Assembly: GCA_963797095.1 (NCBI GenBank)
Contig: CAWCNY010000004.1
Location: forward strand, 448,001-512,000
Direction: 5' to 3'
From: an uncultured Chloroflexia bacterium
GTDB taxonomy: Bacteria > Chloroflexota > Chloroflexia > QHBQ01 > JADMIH01
DNA: 64,000 bases
This document shows, piece by piece, positions 51,340 through 60,472 of this stretch. A program made the position numbers and the translations under genes. Numbering within the stretch: position 1 is the stretch's first letter; every line of letters starts with the position of its first letter. The notes beneath the pieces are model-generated. The model made no database searches, had not been told where the DNA came from, and saw only the letters and a program-made list of their open reading frames with translations.

Positions 51340-51879
51340 ATGACCAACCACCCCACACCCAGATCGCAACTCCGCATCGGCGGCAAACTCCCCCTTTTCT
51401 ACCTCCCATCGACCCAGGGTGGGCAATCCGGCCCATCAGCCATGCGCAGTAAGTATAATCTAGTGCTCGCCTTCTTGCCCGGTGCACCGCAGGCAGCCAG
51501 ATATCTCAGGGAAGTCGCTGAAATCTACCCGCAGATCTTGCGTAACGACGCCCGCCTGATCTCCGTCCTCGCATCAAATCTAGACACCACCCAACGCACA
51601 GCGCAAGCCCTCGAACTTTCGTTCACTCTCCTATCCGACGAAAACGCCGCCACCGCATCCTGCATACTTGGCGACTCCAACCGGGCAGCCCTCATCTCCA
51701 CAGATCGCTACGGCATAATCTACTTCACCGAACAAGCCCCCACGATCGACAAACTGCCTCAGCCCGATACGATCCTGGATTGGCTCGAATACATAGAGAT
51801 TCAGTGCCCCGAATGCACCGATGCCAACTCCAGCCCCTGGTTCCTCGATGAAAACAAAGAAGGGCTACCCACCAGGTAG
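51340..51879 (+). CDS. Redoxin/AhpC-TSA-like protein
   Basis: G..LP.F.L, F.LLSD, DRYG.I; C-terminal CPEC. Confidence 0.7.
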   Translation: MTNHPTPRSQLRIGGKLPLFYLPSTQGGQSGPSAMRSKYNLVLAFLPGAPQAARYLREVAEIYPQILRNDARLISVLASNLDTTQRTAQALELSFTLLSDENAATASCILGDSNRAALISTDRYGIIYFTEQAPTIDKLPQPDTILDWLEYIEIQCPECTDANSSPWFLDENKEGLPTR

Positions 51880-51900
51880 CCCTCCTCAGTAAAACCACTC

Positions 51901-53181
51901 TTACTTTACTTCCACCATCCCCGCGATCCTGTTCCCCAACCTGATCGAATAGTTCTGTCCCCTGTCCTGCGGGTACACCTGGAACATATTCCCCATGTAC
52001 ACGTTCGGTAGAGGCGTCTTGAGCGGCGGGATATGCTGCGGGTACTCCTGCGTCACCACCGGCTGAGCGAAGGGTGCCTTGAACACCCACTTCTCCTCGA
52101 TCCAGCTTTCGTCAAATTCCGGGTTCAGCTTCTTCAAGTGTGGCATGAACTCCGCCAGCGTCTCATCGTCGCTCTGCTTGAAATACCTGTGCGACATCGG
52201 CAAATAATTCCCGATATACAGCAAATGCCGCCCCCCATACTCCTCGGTCTTCCTCATATTGGTGTGGTCCACCACCACCAGGAATGGGTAGCCGGGGTCG
52301 GCAATCGACAGCCAGTACACCGGGTCGAGCAGCGACTTCCGCAACGACAGGATCGCCACGTGCGCCCCCAGCGCATCGCCCCAATCGTACTTCTTCCTGT
52401 ACTCCTCAGGTAGCCCCTCGGTCAACCTCAAGAACAGCTTGGTCGGCAAACTTGATACCACAGCATCGAACACATAAGGCTCGCCGCTGTCCACCTCCAC
52501 CCGCGTCTTGCCGCCCTCCATGGGCGTGATCTTCGTCACCGCTGTCGCCAGCCTGATCGTCCCCCCCGCCTTCTCGATCTCCTCCCCCAGCCTCTCATAC
52601 ATCTGCTGGAAGCCCCCGTTCAAATACCCCAGGTCCAGGCTCCGCTCGTGCACCCGCGACCACAGCCACGACATCGAGATCTTGTCGTAGAAATCCCCGA
52701 ACTTCCCCACCAGCACGGGCTTGAACTGCATCTCGTAGGCGTCCTTCCCCATCCACTTGCGCATCCACTCCACAGCCGTGTACTTGTTCAATGCCTTGTA
52801 GTTGCCGGTCGCCTTCAGGAAAACCGTCGCCAGGACCAGGCGAATCCGGCCCACAAAAGGGATCGGGTAGTTCAGGAGCAGCTTGATGGGCGACAACTGC
52901 CAGAACTTCCCCTTATACAGAGTGGAAGTGTTCACATTGTGCCAGGTCAGCTTGTCGCCTAGCCCTAGCTCCTCGATCAGCGCCTGTATATCCTTGTCCG
53001 ACCTGAAAAGGTGGTGGTAAAACTTCTCCAGGTACGTGCCGCTGTCTCCCACCTGAAACCCTGCGGCCAACCCTCCCAGTTCAGTCTCCTTCTCGATAAG
53101 CGTTACCTGCGCCCCGCGCCGCGCCAGCCTCATAGCAGCCGTCAGCCCGAGCGCGCCACCGCCCAGCACACCGATATGCAT
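51901..53181 (-). CDS. FAD-dependent oxidoreductase (amine oxidase/HemY-like)
   Basis: GGGALG, ELGGLA, LEKFYHH, YPQDRG. Confidence 0.88.
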   Translation of the reverse strand: MHIGVLGGGALGLTAAMRLARRGAQVTLIEKETELGGLAAGFQVGDSGTYLEKFYHHLFRSDKDIQALIEELGLGDKLTWHNVNTSTLYKGKFWQLSPIKLLLNYPIPFVGRIRLVLATVFLKATGNYKALNKYTAVEWMRKWMGKDAYEMQFKPVLVGKFGDFYDKISMSWLWSRVHERSLDLGYLNGGFQQMYERLGEEIEKAGGTIRLATAVTKITPMEGGKTRVEVDSGEPYVFDAVVSSLPTKLFLRLTEGLPEEYRKKYDWGDALGAHVAILSLRKSLLDPVYWLSIADPGYPFLVVVDHTNMRKTEEYGGRHLLYIGNYLPMSHRYFKQSDDETLAEFMPHLKKLNPEFDESWIEEKWVFKAPFAQPVVTQEYPQHIPPLKTPLPNVYMGNMFQVYPQDRGQNYSIRLGNRIAGMVEVK

Positions 53182-53197
53182 AATTCACTCCGTTCAT

Positions 53198-53254
53198 GAC
53201 GAAAGACGAAGGACGAAAGCTCCCTACCTTCGTCCTTCGTCTTTCGTCCTTCGT
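53198..53254. repeat. Inverted pair of heptamer arrays (GACGAAR)x3 / (CYTTCGT)x4
   Basis: Read directly. Confidence 0.85.
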
Positions 53255-53262
53255 TGTTCCTT

Positions 53263-53697
53263 CTAATCTTCAGAATATATATCCAGCGTCTTGCTCCCCA
53301 GTTTCGGGTCGAAGCCGGGGAAAGGCTTGCGAGTATCCCACTGGTATAAACAACTCGTCTCGTCTCTAGTATACAGGTCGCCACCCTGCATTCTGTACTG
53401 GTCAAATACAGCGGAGTACGACCCGCCCGGCGGGCCATCCCGCCTCATGCCGTCCGACCCATACGTGCCGTAATGCACTTCTACCAGCGGCATCTTCGCT
53501 TCCTGCGGGATGATCGTCTCCTGGAGCGGCTGCCATAAATTGGAGTCGAGCCACGCCTTCTCCTGCCGCCCTCTGAAAGTCAGCACCTTAAACACCTTCT
53601 TGCGCTTCTTGCCTCCGGTAGTGGCAAGCGCATTCTGCTCGTCCGCCGGAGCCTCAACCCAGGCCCCGTCGTTCCCGCCTTTCTTGAATTTCGGCAT
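53263..53697 (-). CDS. Hypothetical protein
   Basis: 144-aa ORF with GGGGGA SD-like sequence. Confidence 0.6.
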   Translation of the reverse strand: MPKFKKGGNDGAWVEAPADEQNALATTGGKKRKKVFKVLTFRGRQEKAWLDSNLWQPLQETIIPQEAKMPLVEVHYGTYGSDGMRRDGPPGGSYSAVFDQYRMQGGDLYTRDETSCLYQWDTRKPFPGFDPKLGSKTLDIYSED

Positions 53698-53817
53698 TTC
53701 GTTCCCCCGACAATTGAGTTATCAGCACAGATAATACCAAAGATCATCATAGCATGGATCGTACCTCCTGGCAAGCCTATCGAAAACTGGTTCTTGTCCC
53801 ACAAGAGGTGGGGAGTA

Positions 53818-54300
53818 GTAGGGGCTAGGATGTCGCAATAAGCTGTAGGAGCACCTACAAGGGTCCCTGGTGGAGAGAGATCGGGATAAGCGTACAGGGC
53901 ACCCACCAGGGGCAATGTTGTCGCACAAAAACCTCGAAGATGGTCTGAGTACGAGCGCTCCTCGTTGGCGACATACTCGCATGCCGCCCTCGCGAATAGT
54001 TCCGTAGGGACGGCATAGGGTAGCCCTGTGGTAAGCCCTGTGGTAAGCCCAGGATAATGCCATAGCCCCGTAGGGGCGTAAGAACAAGATCTCTACAGTC
54101 CTGTATGATGCAATGCTAGTGCTCTTACGTCCCTACTGGACTACTTGGCTTGGGTGGCAATCCATCTGGGCACCCCCTGGTGGTTGCGCCCCACAACCTG
54201 TATCTTTATGCGACAACATTGGTAGCACCCCCTGGTGGGTGGCCTGTTGGGAGCGATCATGGCAGGCGTACAGGACACCCCCCACAAGAGGCGCCTCTAC
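53818..54300. repeat. REP-like composite palindromic cluster B
   Basis: GTAG...CTAC ends; ATGTTGTCGCA and CCCACCAGGGG in both orientations; core shared with cluster A. Confidence 0.78.
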
Positions 54301-54355
54301 AGAGCTTTTAGCCGCAAGCTTGAACATTTACCAGCAGCTGCGCCTCCTCCTACTA

Positions 54356-54384
54356 TTGACATCCTCGCCGCCAAGTAGTACATT
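54356..54384 (+). promoter_or_regulatory. Promoter, probably leaderless transcript
   Basis: TTGACA-17 bp-TACATT, 6 nt before GTG 54391. Confidence 0.65.
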
Positions 54385-54390
54385 GGCATT

Positions 54391-55293
54391 GTGAGAAAAA
54401 TCACAAGAAGTAAAGCAATGAAAGCTCTCTCCAATCCTATCAAACGTGCCCTTCGCGTCGCCCTGGTCCTTCCGTTTGTAGGTCTTGTTCTTTACCTGGT
54501 CCGGAATACCCGCTACATCGCCGGGGCGCTCCGAGAAGGTATCTCTCCAGGCAACATCCTCCGCGCCCTAGTCCCCCGCCACCCGATCCCCATGCGGACC
54601 ATCTTCCGTGAGTGCTTCCTCGTCAACTTCTCGGTAGATCCTGCCGTCTTGCGACGCCATCTGCCCGTAGGCATCGAGCCTGATTTGTACGCTGGCAAAT
54701 CCTGGCTCTCGATAGTGATAGCGCACATGGACCGCATGCGCCCTGCATTTCTGCCCCCCAACTTCGGCGTCACCTACGACCAGATTGTATACCGCGCCGT
54801 CGTGCGCTACCGGAATGAGCGTGGGGTCTACTTCCTCAGGAGCGACGCCAACAACTTCTTCATGAGCCTCGCGGGAGATCTCCTCACCTTCTTCCGCTTC
54901 CACCATTCGCCGAGCCATTTCGAGGTGAAAAACCATCAGGTTCGGTGCGATCTCACCACCCCACCCGGCGAGCAAGCCGGCATCCACGCCACCTATAACC
55001 TGCTCAGTGCCACCCACTCCATGCCATCCAGCTCACTTTTCGCCGACCTGCCCGAAGCTCAACGCTTCCTGGTAGAACTCTTCGTAGCATTCGGCACCAT
55101 TCCACCCGCACCCGATGTCCTGAAGGTCCGTATCAAGCGCGGTGAATGGCATATCTCGGTGGTCGACGACCTTCGCGGCCAATACCAATTCATGCAAGAT
55201 AGCCCTCTGTTCCCACCCGGCAGCGCTCAACTCAACTCCATCTTCTACGTCAAAGAGCTACCTTATTACTGGCACACTTTGGAGCGCTCATGA
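54391..55293 (+). CDS. DUF2071-like protein
   Basis: VNFSVDP..L...LP, YRAVV, RGVYFLRSD. Confidence 0.75.
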   Translation: MRKITRSKAMKALSNPIKRALRVALVLPFVGLVLYLVRNTRYIAGALREGISPGNILRALVPRHPIPMRTIFRECFLVNFSVDPAVLRRHLPVGIEPDLYAGKSWLSIVIAHMDRMRPAFLPPNFGVTYDQIVYRAVVRYRNERGVYFLRSDANNFFMSLAGDLLTFFRFHHSPSHFEVKNHQVRCDLTTPPGEQAGIHATYNLLSATHSMPSSSLFADLPEAQRFLVELFVAFGTIPPAPDVLKVRIKRGEWHISVVDDLRGQYQFMQDSPLFPPGSAQLNSIFYVKELPYYWHTLERS

Positions 55294-55724
55294 TGAATCC
55301 CCCCTCCCATGACCCTCTTGGCAAATACAGTCCCTGGTTGTACGCCGCGGCTCTTTACAATTTCATATGGGGCCCAGTCAACATCCTGTTCCCACGCTTC
55401 CTGTTCGATCTGATCGGCGTGCCTCCACCCAACGTCCTGCCCTTGTGGTCGGTAGTAGGCATGTTCGTCCTCGTTTATGCGCCTGCCTACTGGTGGGCGG
55501 CCCGCTACCCATCCCGCCATACCCACCTCGTCCTCATCGGCATGCTAGGCAAAATACTCGGCCCGCTCGGCTTCGCATGGTCAGCCCTCACAGGCCAGCT
55601 ACCCCTCGCTTTCGGCTGGACCATCCTCACCAATGACCTGATCTGGTGGCCCTCCTTCATCTTCTACCTCCGCGACGCAGCACAACAGGCGGGCGGCTGG
55701 CCCGCCTTCCTCAAGGGCGAATAA
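55290..55724 (+). CDS. Conserved membrane protein
   Basis: AALYN..WG, GMLGKILGPLGF, TNDLIWWP; ATGA coupling. Confidence 0.75.
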   Translation: MMNPPSHDPLGKYSPWLYAAALYNFIWGPVNILFPRFLFDLIGVPPPNVLPLWSVVGMFVLVYAPAYWWAARYPSRHTHLVLIGMLGKILGPLGFAWSALTGQLPLAFGWTILTNDLIWWPSFIFYLRDAAQQAGGWPAFLKGE

Positions 55725-55746
55725 CATTGTTGTATAATTCCCTTGT

Positions 55747-57237
55747 ATGTCAGAGCTACTTTTCCTGGACAAAACACCCACAACGCCCGCCGAAAGCGCT
55801 ACGCACGCCCCGCGCATAGCCTTCGCAACCCTCGGCTGCAAAGTCAACCAGAGCGACACCCAGAAGGCCATCGCCGACTTCCGCGCCGCCGGTTGGCGCA
55901 TCGTCCCCCCCACCTCCCCCGCCGAAGTCTACGTTGTCAACACCTGCTCGGTCACCCACGTAGCCGACCGCAAGAGCCGCGCCTGGCTGCGCCGCTCGGC
56001 CCGCGCCAACCCCCATGCCCTGGTTGTCGCTACCGGCTGCTACGCCGAATCGGGCAAATCCACCCTCGAACAGATGGACGAGGTGGGCCTCATCATAGGC
56101 TACAAGCAAAAAGACGATCTCCTCTCGCTGGTATCAGAGCAGATGTCAGCCCGAGGTCACGTATCACGTATCACGTATCACAACAATTCCGCACTCCAAA
56201 CTCCGCATTCCGAACTAGCACAGCCTTCCTGGCTCACGGGCGAAGACGCAGACCCCGACTTCAAGTCCCGCACCCGTGCCATGGTCAAGATCGAGGACGG
56301 CTGCAACGACTTCTGCACTTTCTGCATAATCCCCTTCACGCGCGGCATGCCCCGCTCCACCTCCACCAACCGCGCCATCGACCTCGTAAACGCCCGCCTC
56401 GCCGAGGGCTACAAGGAAATCGTCCTTACAGGCGTGCACATGGGCAAATACGGCCAGGATCACGCTCAGCGCAAGCGCGCCGCCACCGACCCCACCGAGG
56501 CCCCAGACCTCCCCGGCGTAGTCCGCGCCATCCTTGAGCGCACCGCCGTCCCTCGCCTCCGCATCACCTCAGTCGAGCCAACCGACGCCATCATGATGCT
56601 CCCTCTCCTGGCCGACCCCGCCTTCCACGGACGCCTCGCTCCTCATCTCCACCTCCCCCTCCAGAGCGGCTGCGACCCCACCCTTGCCCGCATGAAGCGC
56701 GACTACACCACCGCCGAGTTCGCCGAAGTAGTCCGCCAATGCCGCCGGGCCGTCCCGAACATAGCCATCACCACCGACCTGATCACAGGCTTCCCCGCCG
56801 AAACCGAGGAAGAATGGCAGCAAACCCTCGATTTCGTCCGCACTATAGAGTTCTCCAGAATCCACGTCTTCCCCTACTCGCAACGCCCCGGCACCCCCGC
56901 CTCATCCATGCCCGACCAGGTCCACCCCGACACCCGCCACAATCGCACCCTCCAGATGATGCAACTCAGCGAAGCAGCCGAATCCACCTACGCAATCCAG
57001 CAGTTGGGGCAGACCAGGACGGTGCTGTGGGAAATGAGCCAGGAAGAACTATCTGCAGGCGGCCAGATATGGTCCGGCCTTACCGACAACTACCTCCGAG
57101 TTCATACCCGCACGCGCCAGGACCTCTGCAACAAGATCACGCCCGCCGCGCTGACTTCCTATGATGCCGGGGGCCTATGGGCCACAGTCCCCCAGGACCC
57201 ACCAACCACCAACCACCAACCACCAACCACCAACTAG
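55747..57237 (+). CDS. mtaB: tRNA methylthiotransferase (MtaB-like radical SAM)
   Basis: TLGCKVNQ, NTCSVT, CNDFCTFC, HVFPYS.RPGT. Confidence 0.85.
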   Translation: MSELLFLDKTPTTPAESATHAPRIAFATLGCKVNQSDTQKAIADFRAAGWRIVPPTSPAEVYVVNTCSVTHVADRKSRAWLRRSARANPHALVVATGCYAESGKSTLEQMDEVGLIIGYKQKDDLLSLVSEQMSARGHVSRITYHNNSALQTPHSELAQPSWLTGEDADPDFKSRTRAMVKIEDGCNDFCTFCIIPFTRGMPRSTSTNRAIDLVNARLAEGYKEIVLTGVHMGKYGQDHAQRKRAATDPTEAPDLPGVVRAILERTAVPRLRITSVEPTDAIMMLPLLADPAFHGRLAPHLHLPLQSGCDPTLARMKRDYTTAEFAEVVRQCRRAVPNIAITTDLITGFPAETEEEWQQTLDFVRTIEFSRIHVFPYSQRPGTPASSMPDQVHPDTRHNRTLQMMQLSEAAESTYAIQQLGQTRTVLWEMSQEELSAGGQIWSGLTDNYLRVHTRTRQDLCNKITPAALTSYDAGGLWATVPQDPPTTNHQPPTTN

Positions 57238-57291
57238 GAACCAGGAACCAGGAACGGTCGTCCGCCGACTACCGACTGCCGACCACCGACA
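57199..57291. repeat. Three abutting heptamer arrays (CCACCAA, GGAACCA, CCGACNN)
   Basis: Read directly; the first encodes the MtaB tail PPTTNHQPPTTN. Confidence 0.9.
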
Positions 57292-57594
57292 ATGACCGAA
57301 TCCTCCGCCCGCACCATCCTGACCGTATCAGGCACAACCGCCACCATCGCCTATATTCTGGCGATATACTTCGGCCTGCGCGGCGACCAGCTACTCTCAA
57401 TAGCTCTCTTCATAGTCGCCATCGCCGACAGCATAATAGCCTACGTCTTCTACCGCCAGTACACCCGCCTCAGAGACAACCGCTGGAACGACGAAATCCA
57501 GGAACTAAACAAGAAAATGTCCGACCTCCTGACGGGAGACAACCCATCCAACGAAGCCAAAACCGGTGAAACGCAAGCGACAAGCGACGAATAA
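57292..57594 (+). CDS. Small 2-TM hypothetical protein
   Basis: 100 aa, two hydrophobic helices then a charged tail. Confidence 0.65.
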   Translation: MTESSARTILTVSGTTATIAYILAIYFGLRGDQLLSIALFIVAIADSIIAYVFYRQYTRLRDNRWNDEIQELNKKMSDLLTGDNPSNEAKTGETQATSDE

Positions 57595-57650
57595 CAAATA
57601 ACAAGCGCACCTAAATCCGAAATCCGCAATCTAAAATCCGAAATCAAAAG

Positions 57651-57953
57651 ATGCCCGACTCCAAAACACAACGTATAATAGGCTGGGCCGCTTTCGCAGG
57701 CGTGCTAGTAGCCTGCTCTGCCTGCGGCCTCATCTGGCAAAATCAGGTGCAAGCCGCCGTGATCGCCATCATAGTCGCCGATATCGTCCTCCTACCCACC
57801 TTCATGATCCTCCTGCGCACCCGCCGCCGCACCAAAAAGATCGTCCGCCAACAAGAAGAAGTACAGCAAGAGCAATTGGACGCGCTCGCGGGTGTTGGCG
57901 ACCTGGCCCAACCAATCCACAATCCGAAATCCGAAATCCAAAATGAACATTGA
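57651..57953 (+). CDS. Small 2-TM hypothetical protein
   Basis: 100 aa, same topology; tail is heptamer-encoded (IHNPKSEIQN). Confidence 0.62.
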   Translation: MPDSKTQRIIGWAAFAGVLVACSACGLIWQNQVQAAVIAIIVADIVLLPTFMILLRTRRRTKKIVRQQEEVQQEQLDALAGVGDLAQPIHNPKSEIQNEH

Positions 57954-59265
57954 CCGCTACACCAACCCAAGAATGGGCCAACTCTGGTCCGCCCAACACA
58001 AAGTCGACCTCTGGTGGCGAGTAGAATTGGCCGTCTGCGAAGCCTGGGCCGAGGCGGGCCGCATCCCCACCGACATCCTCTCCACCCTCCGCGAAGGCAA
58101 GATCGACCTAGACCTCATGAACGAGTACGAGCAGCAGACCGATCACGACGTGATCGCCTTCCTCAAAGCCGCCACCGACTCACTCCCCGACCCCGACGCC
58201 GCCCGCTACGTCCACCTCGGCCTCACCTCCTCCGACGTGGTCGACACTGCCTTTGCCCTCCAGATCAAAGAGGCCATGAGCGTCATCCTCGATGATGTTG
58301 AAACTCTCCGCGTCACCCTGGCCGCCCTGGCCCTCGAACACAAGCACACCGTGATGATCGGGCGCACCCACGGCATCCACGCCGAGCCTATCACCTTCGG
58401 CCTCAAGCTCCTCGTCTGGTACGACGAAATAGGCCGCCACCTCAAGCGCCTCGAAGCCGCCCGCGACGATGTATCTACAGGCAAGATTTCGGGCGCGGTA
58501 GGCACCCACGCCAACGTCCCACCCGACGTAGAAGACAGCGCCCTCGCCCGCCTCGGTCTCGCCACAGACCCCGTAAGCAACCAGATCGTCCAGCGCGACC
58601 GCCACGCCGCCGTCCTCAACGCCCTAGCCCTCCTCGCCTCATCCCTCGACAAGTTCGCCACCGAAATCCGTCACCTCGCCCGCACCGAAGTACGCGAGGT
58701 CGAAGAGCCATTCGGTGCCTCCCAGCAGGGCTCATCCTCCATGCCCCACAAGCGCAACCCCCACAAGAGCGAGCGCGTAAGCGGCCTGGCCCGCGTCCTG
58801 CGTGGCTTCGCCCTCACCGGCATGGAAGACATCCCCCTCTGGCACGAACGCGACATCTCCCACTCCTCCGCGGAGCGCGTCATCTTCCCCGGCTCCTTCA
58901 TCCTGTCCGACTACATCCTCACCCAGATGGACTCCATCCTCAACGGCCTGCGCGTCTTCCCGGGTCGCATGAAGCGCAACCTCGAATCCACGGGCGGCCT
59001 GGTCTTCTCCCAGCCCATCCTCCTGGCCCTCACCGAAAGTGGCCTCGACCGTCAGGTTGCCTACAAGATAGTCCAACGCCACGCCATGGCCGCCTGGGAC
59101 ACCGACTCTCGCGGCGAAACCGGTCCAACCTTCATCGAGCGCATCAGCACCGACGAAGAGGTGCGCGCCCACCTCTCCACCGACCAACTGCGCGACCTCA
59201 CCAGCATAGACCGCCATCTCGCCTACATAGACGAAGCCTATCGCCGCGTCGGCCTCGAAAGCTAA
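57943..59265 (+). CDS. purB: Adenylosuccinate lyase
   Basis: HLGLTSSD, GRTHG.HAEP, GSSSMPHKRNP, WHERDISHSS. Confidence 0.97.
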   Translation: MNIDRYTNPRMGQLWSAQHKVDLWWRVELAVCEAWAEAGRIPTDILSTLREGKIDLDLMNEYEQQTDHDVIAFLKAATDSLPDPDAARYVHLGLTSSDVVDTAFALQIKEAMSVILDDVETLRVTLAALALEHKHTVMIGRTHGIHAEPITFGLKLLVWYDEIGRHLKRLEAARDDVSTGKISGAVGTHANVPPDVEDSALARLGLATDPVSNQIVQRDRHAAVLNALALLASSLDKFATEIRHLARTEVREVEEPFGASQQGSSSMPHKRNPHKSERVSGLARVLRGFALTGMEDIPLWHERDISHSSAERVIFPGSFILSDYILTQMDSILNGLRVFPGRMKRNLESTGGLVFSQPILLALTESGLDRQVAYKIVQRHAMAAWDTDSRGETGPTFIERISTDEEVRAHLSTDQLRDLTSIDRHLAYIDEAYRRVGLES

Positions 59266-59323
59266 CCCAATTGACAACACCCACGGCCTGCGCGACCTGC
59301 TATCGCATCACTAAAAGGTAGGC

Positions 59324-60154
59324 ATGAGCACTCCGTACCACACCGACCGAGACTATCTCGCCAATGAGCAGTACAAAGATTCCTCCCGGTTCAACGCCCG
59401 CGTCCGTCTCCATGCCCTTTACAGCACCAACCCCTATGGTTGGCCCCGCTGGGTCTTCGACCATATTACCCTGCCCGACCCCGCCCGCCTTCTCGAAGTA
59501 GGCTGCGGCCCCGGCTACCTCTGGCGCTCAAACGCCGATCAACTCTCCCCCGACTGGCGCATCACCCTCACCGACCTCTCCACAGGCATGGTTGGCGAGG
59601 CCCGCGAGCGTATGTCCGACTTCGACATCTTCTCCTATGCCTGCACCGATGTCCTCTCTCTCCCCTTCCCCGACAACACCTTCGGTGCGGTACTCGCCAT
59701 GCACATGCTCTACCACGTCCCCGACCGTCCCACCGCCCTCCGCGAAATCAAGCGTGTCCTCAAGCCCGGCGGCTCTCTCTACGCCTCCACCCTCGGCAAC
59801 GACAACATGAAAGAGCTTCGCGAGCTACTCGCTCCCTTCAGCCTCCGCGCAGCTCGCAGCCTCACATTCGGCGCGCCCGGCTCGGGAACAGACGGCGCTT
59901 TCAACCTCGAACACGGCGGCGAAGAGCTACAATCTATCTTCGGCAATGTCCAACGCCATCTCTACGAAGACAGCCTCCAGGTAACCAGCCCTGAGCCTGT
60001 AGTAGACTACATACTCTCCATGTCCCACCGCCCCGACATAGAAGAAAGACGCCCAGGCCTCACCAAAATCATCGAATGGGCCATAGAGCGCGAAGGCGGC
60101 TCAATGCACATCTCCAAGAGCAGCGGCCTCTTCACAGCCCGCAAACAAGCCTAG
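59324..60154 (+). CDS. Class I SAM-dependent methyltransferase
   Basis: LEVGCGPG, DLS.GM, HMLYHVPD, RVLKPGG. Confidence 0.9.
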   Translation: MSTPYHTDRDYLANEQYKDSSRFNARVRLHALYSTNPYGWPRWVFDHITLPDPARLLEVGCGPGYLWRSNADQLSPDWRITLTDLSTGMVGEARERMSDFDIFSYACTDVLSLPFPDNTFGAVLAMHMLYHVPDRPTALREIKRVLKPGGSLYASTLGNDNMKELRELLAPFSLRAARSLTFGAPGSGTDGAFNLEHGGEELQSIFGNVQRHLYEDSLQVTSPEPVVDYILSMSHRPDIEERRPGLTKIIEWAIEREGGSMHISKSSGLFTARKQA

Positions 60155-60472
60155 CCTCCGCCCCCGCCACAGTCACCCTCATACCCTACTCCACCGACAC
60201 CCTTACCATCACACCCACCACCCCACGCCCTACGTCACCGATACGCCTACCGGCGTGCCCACCCATACATCAACTCCATTTGCCACCGATACCAGCACAA
60301 CCATCCCAACCGGCCTGCGTAACAGGCACAGCCACGCCCACCGCCATTCTTAGCCCTCGAAGCCGGGTAATTCCTGCTTTAGACCGATGCGACTTCCGCG
60401 CTATTTGATATAATTGGCATAATATTAGATAAATATGCAAGCACCCACATTGCGAAAGGAACCTGCCCAGTA

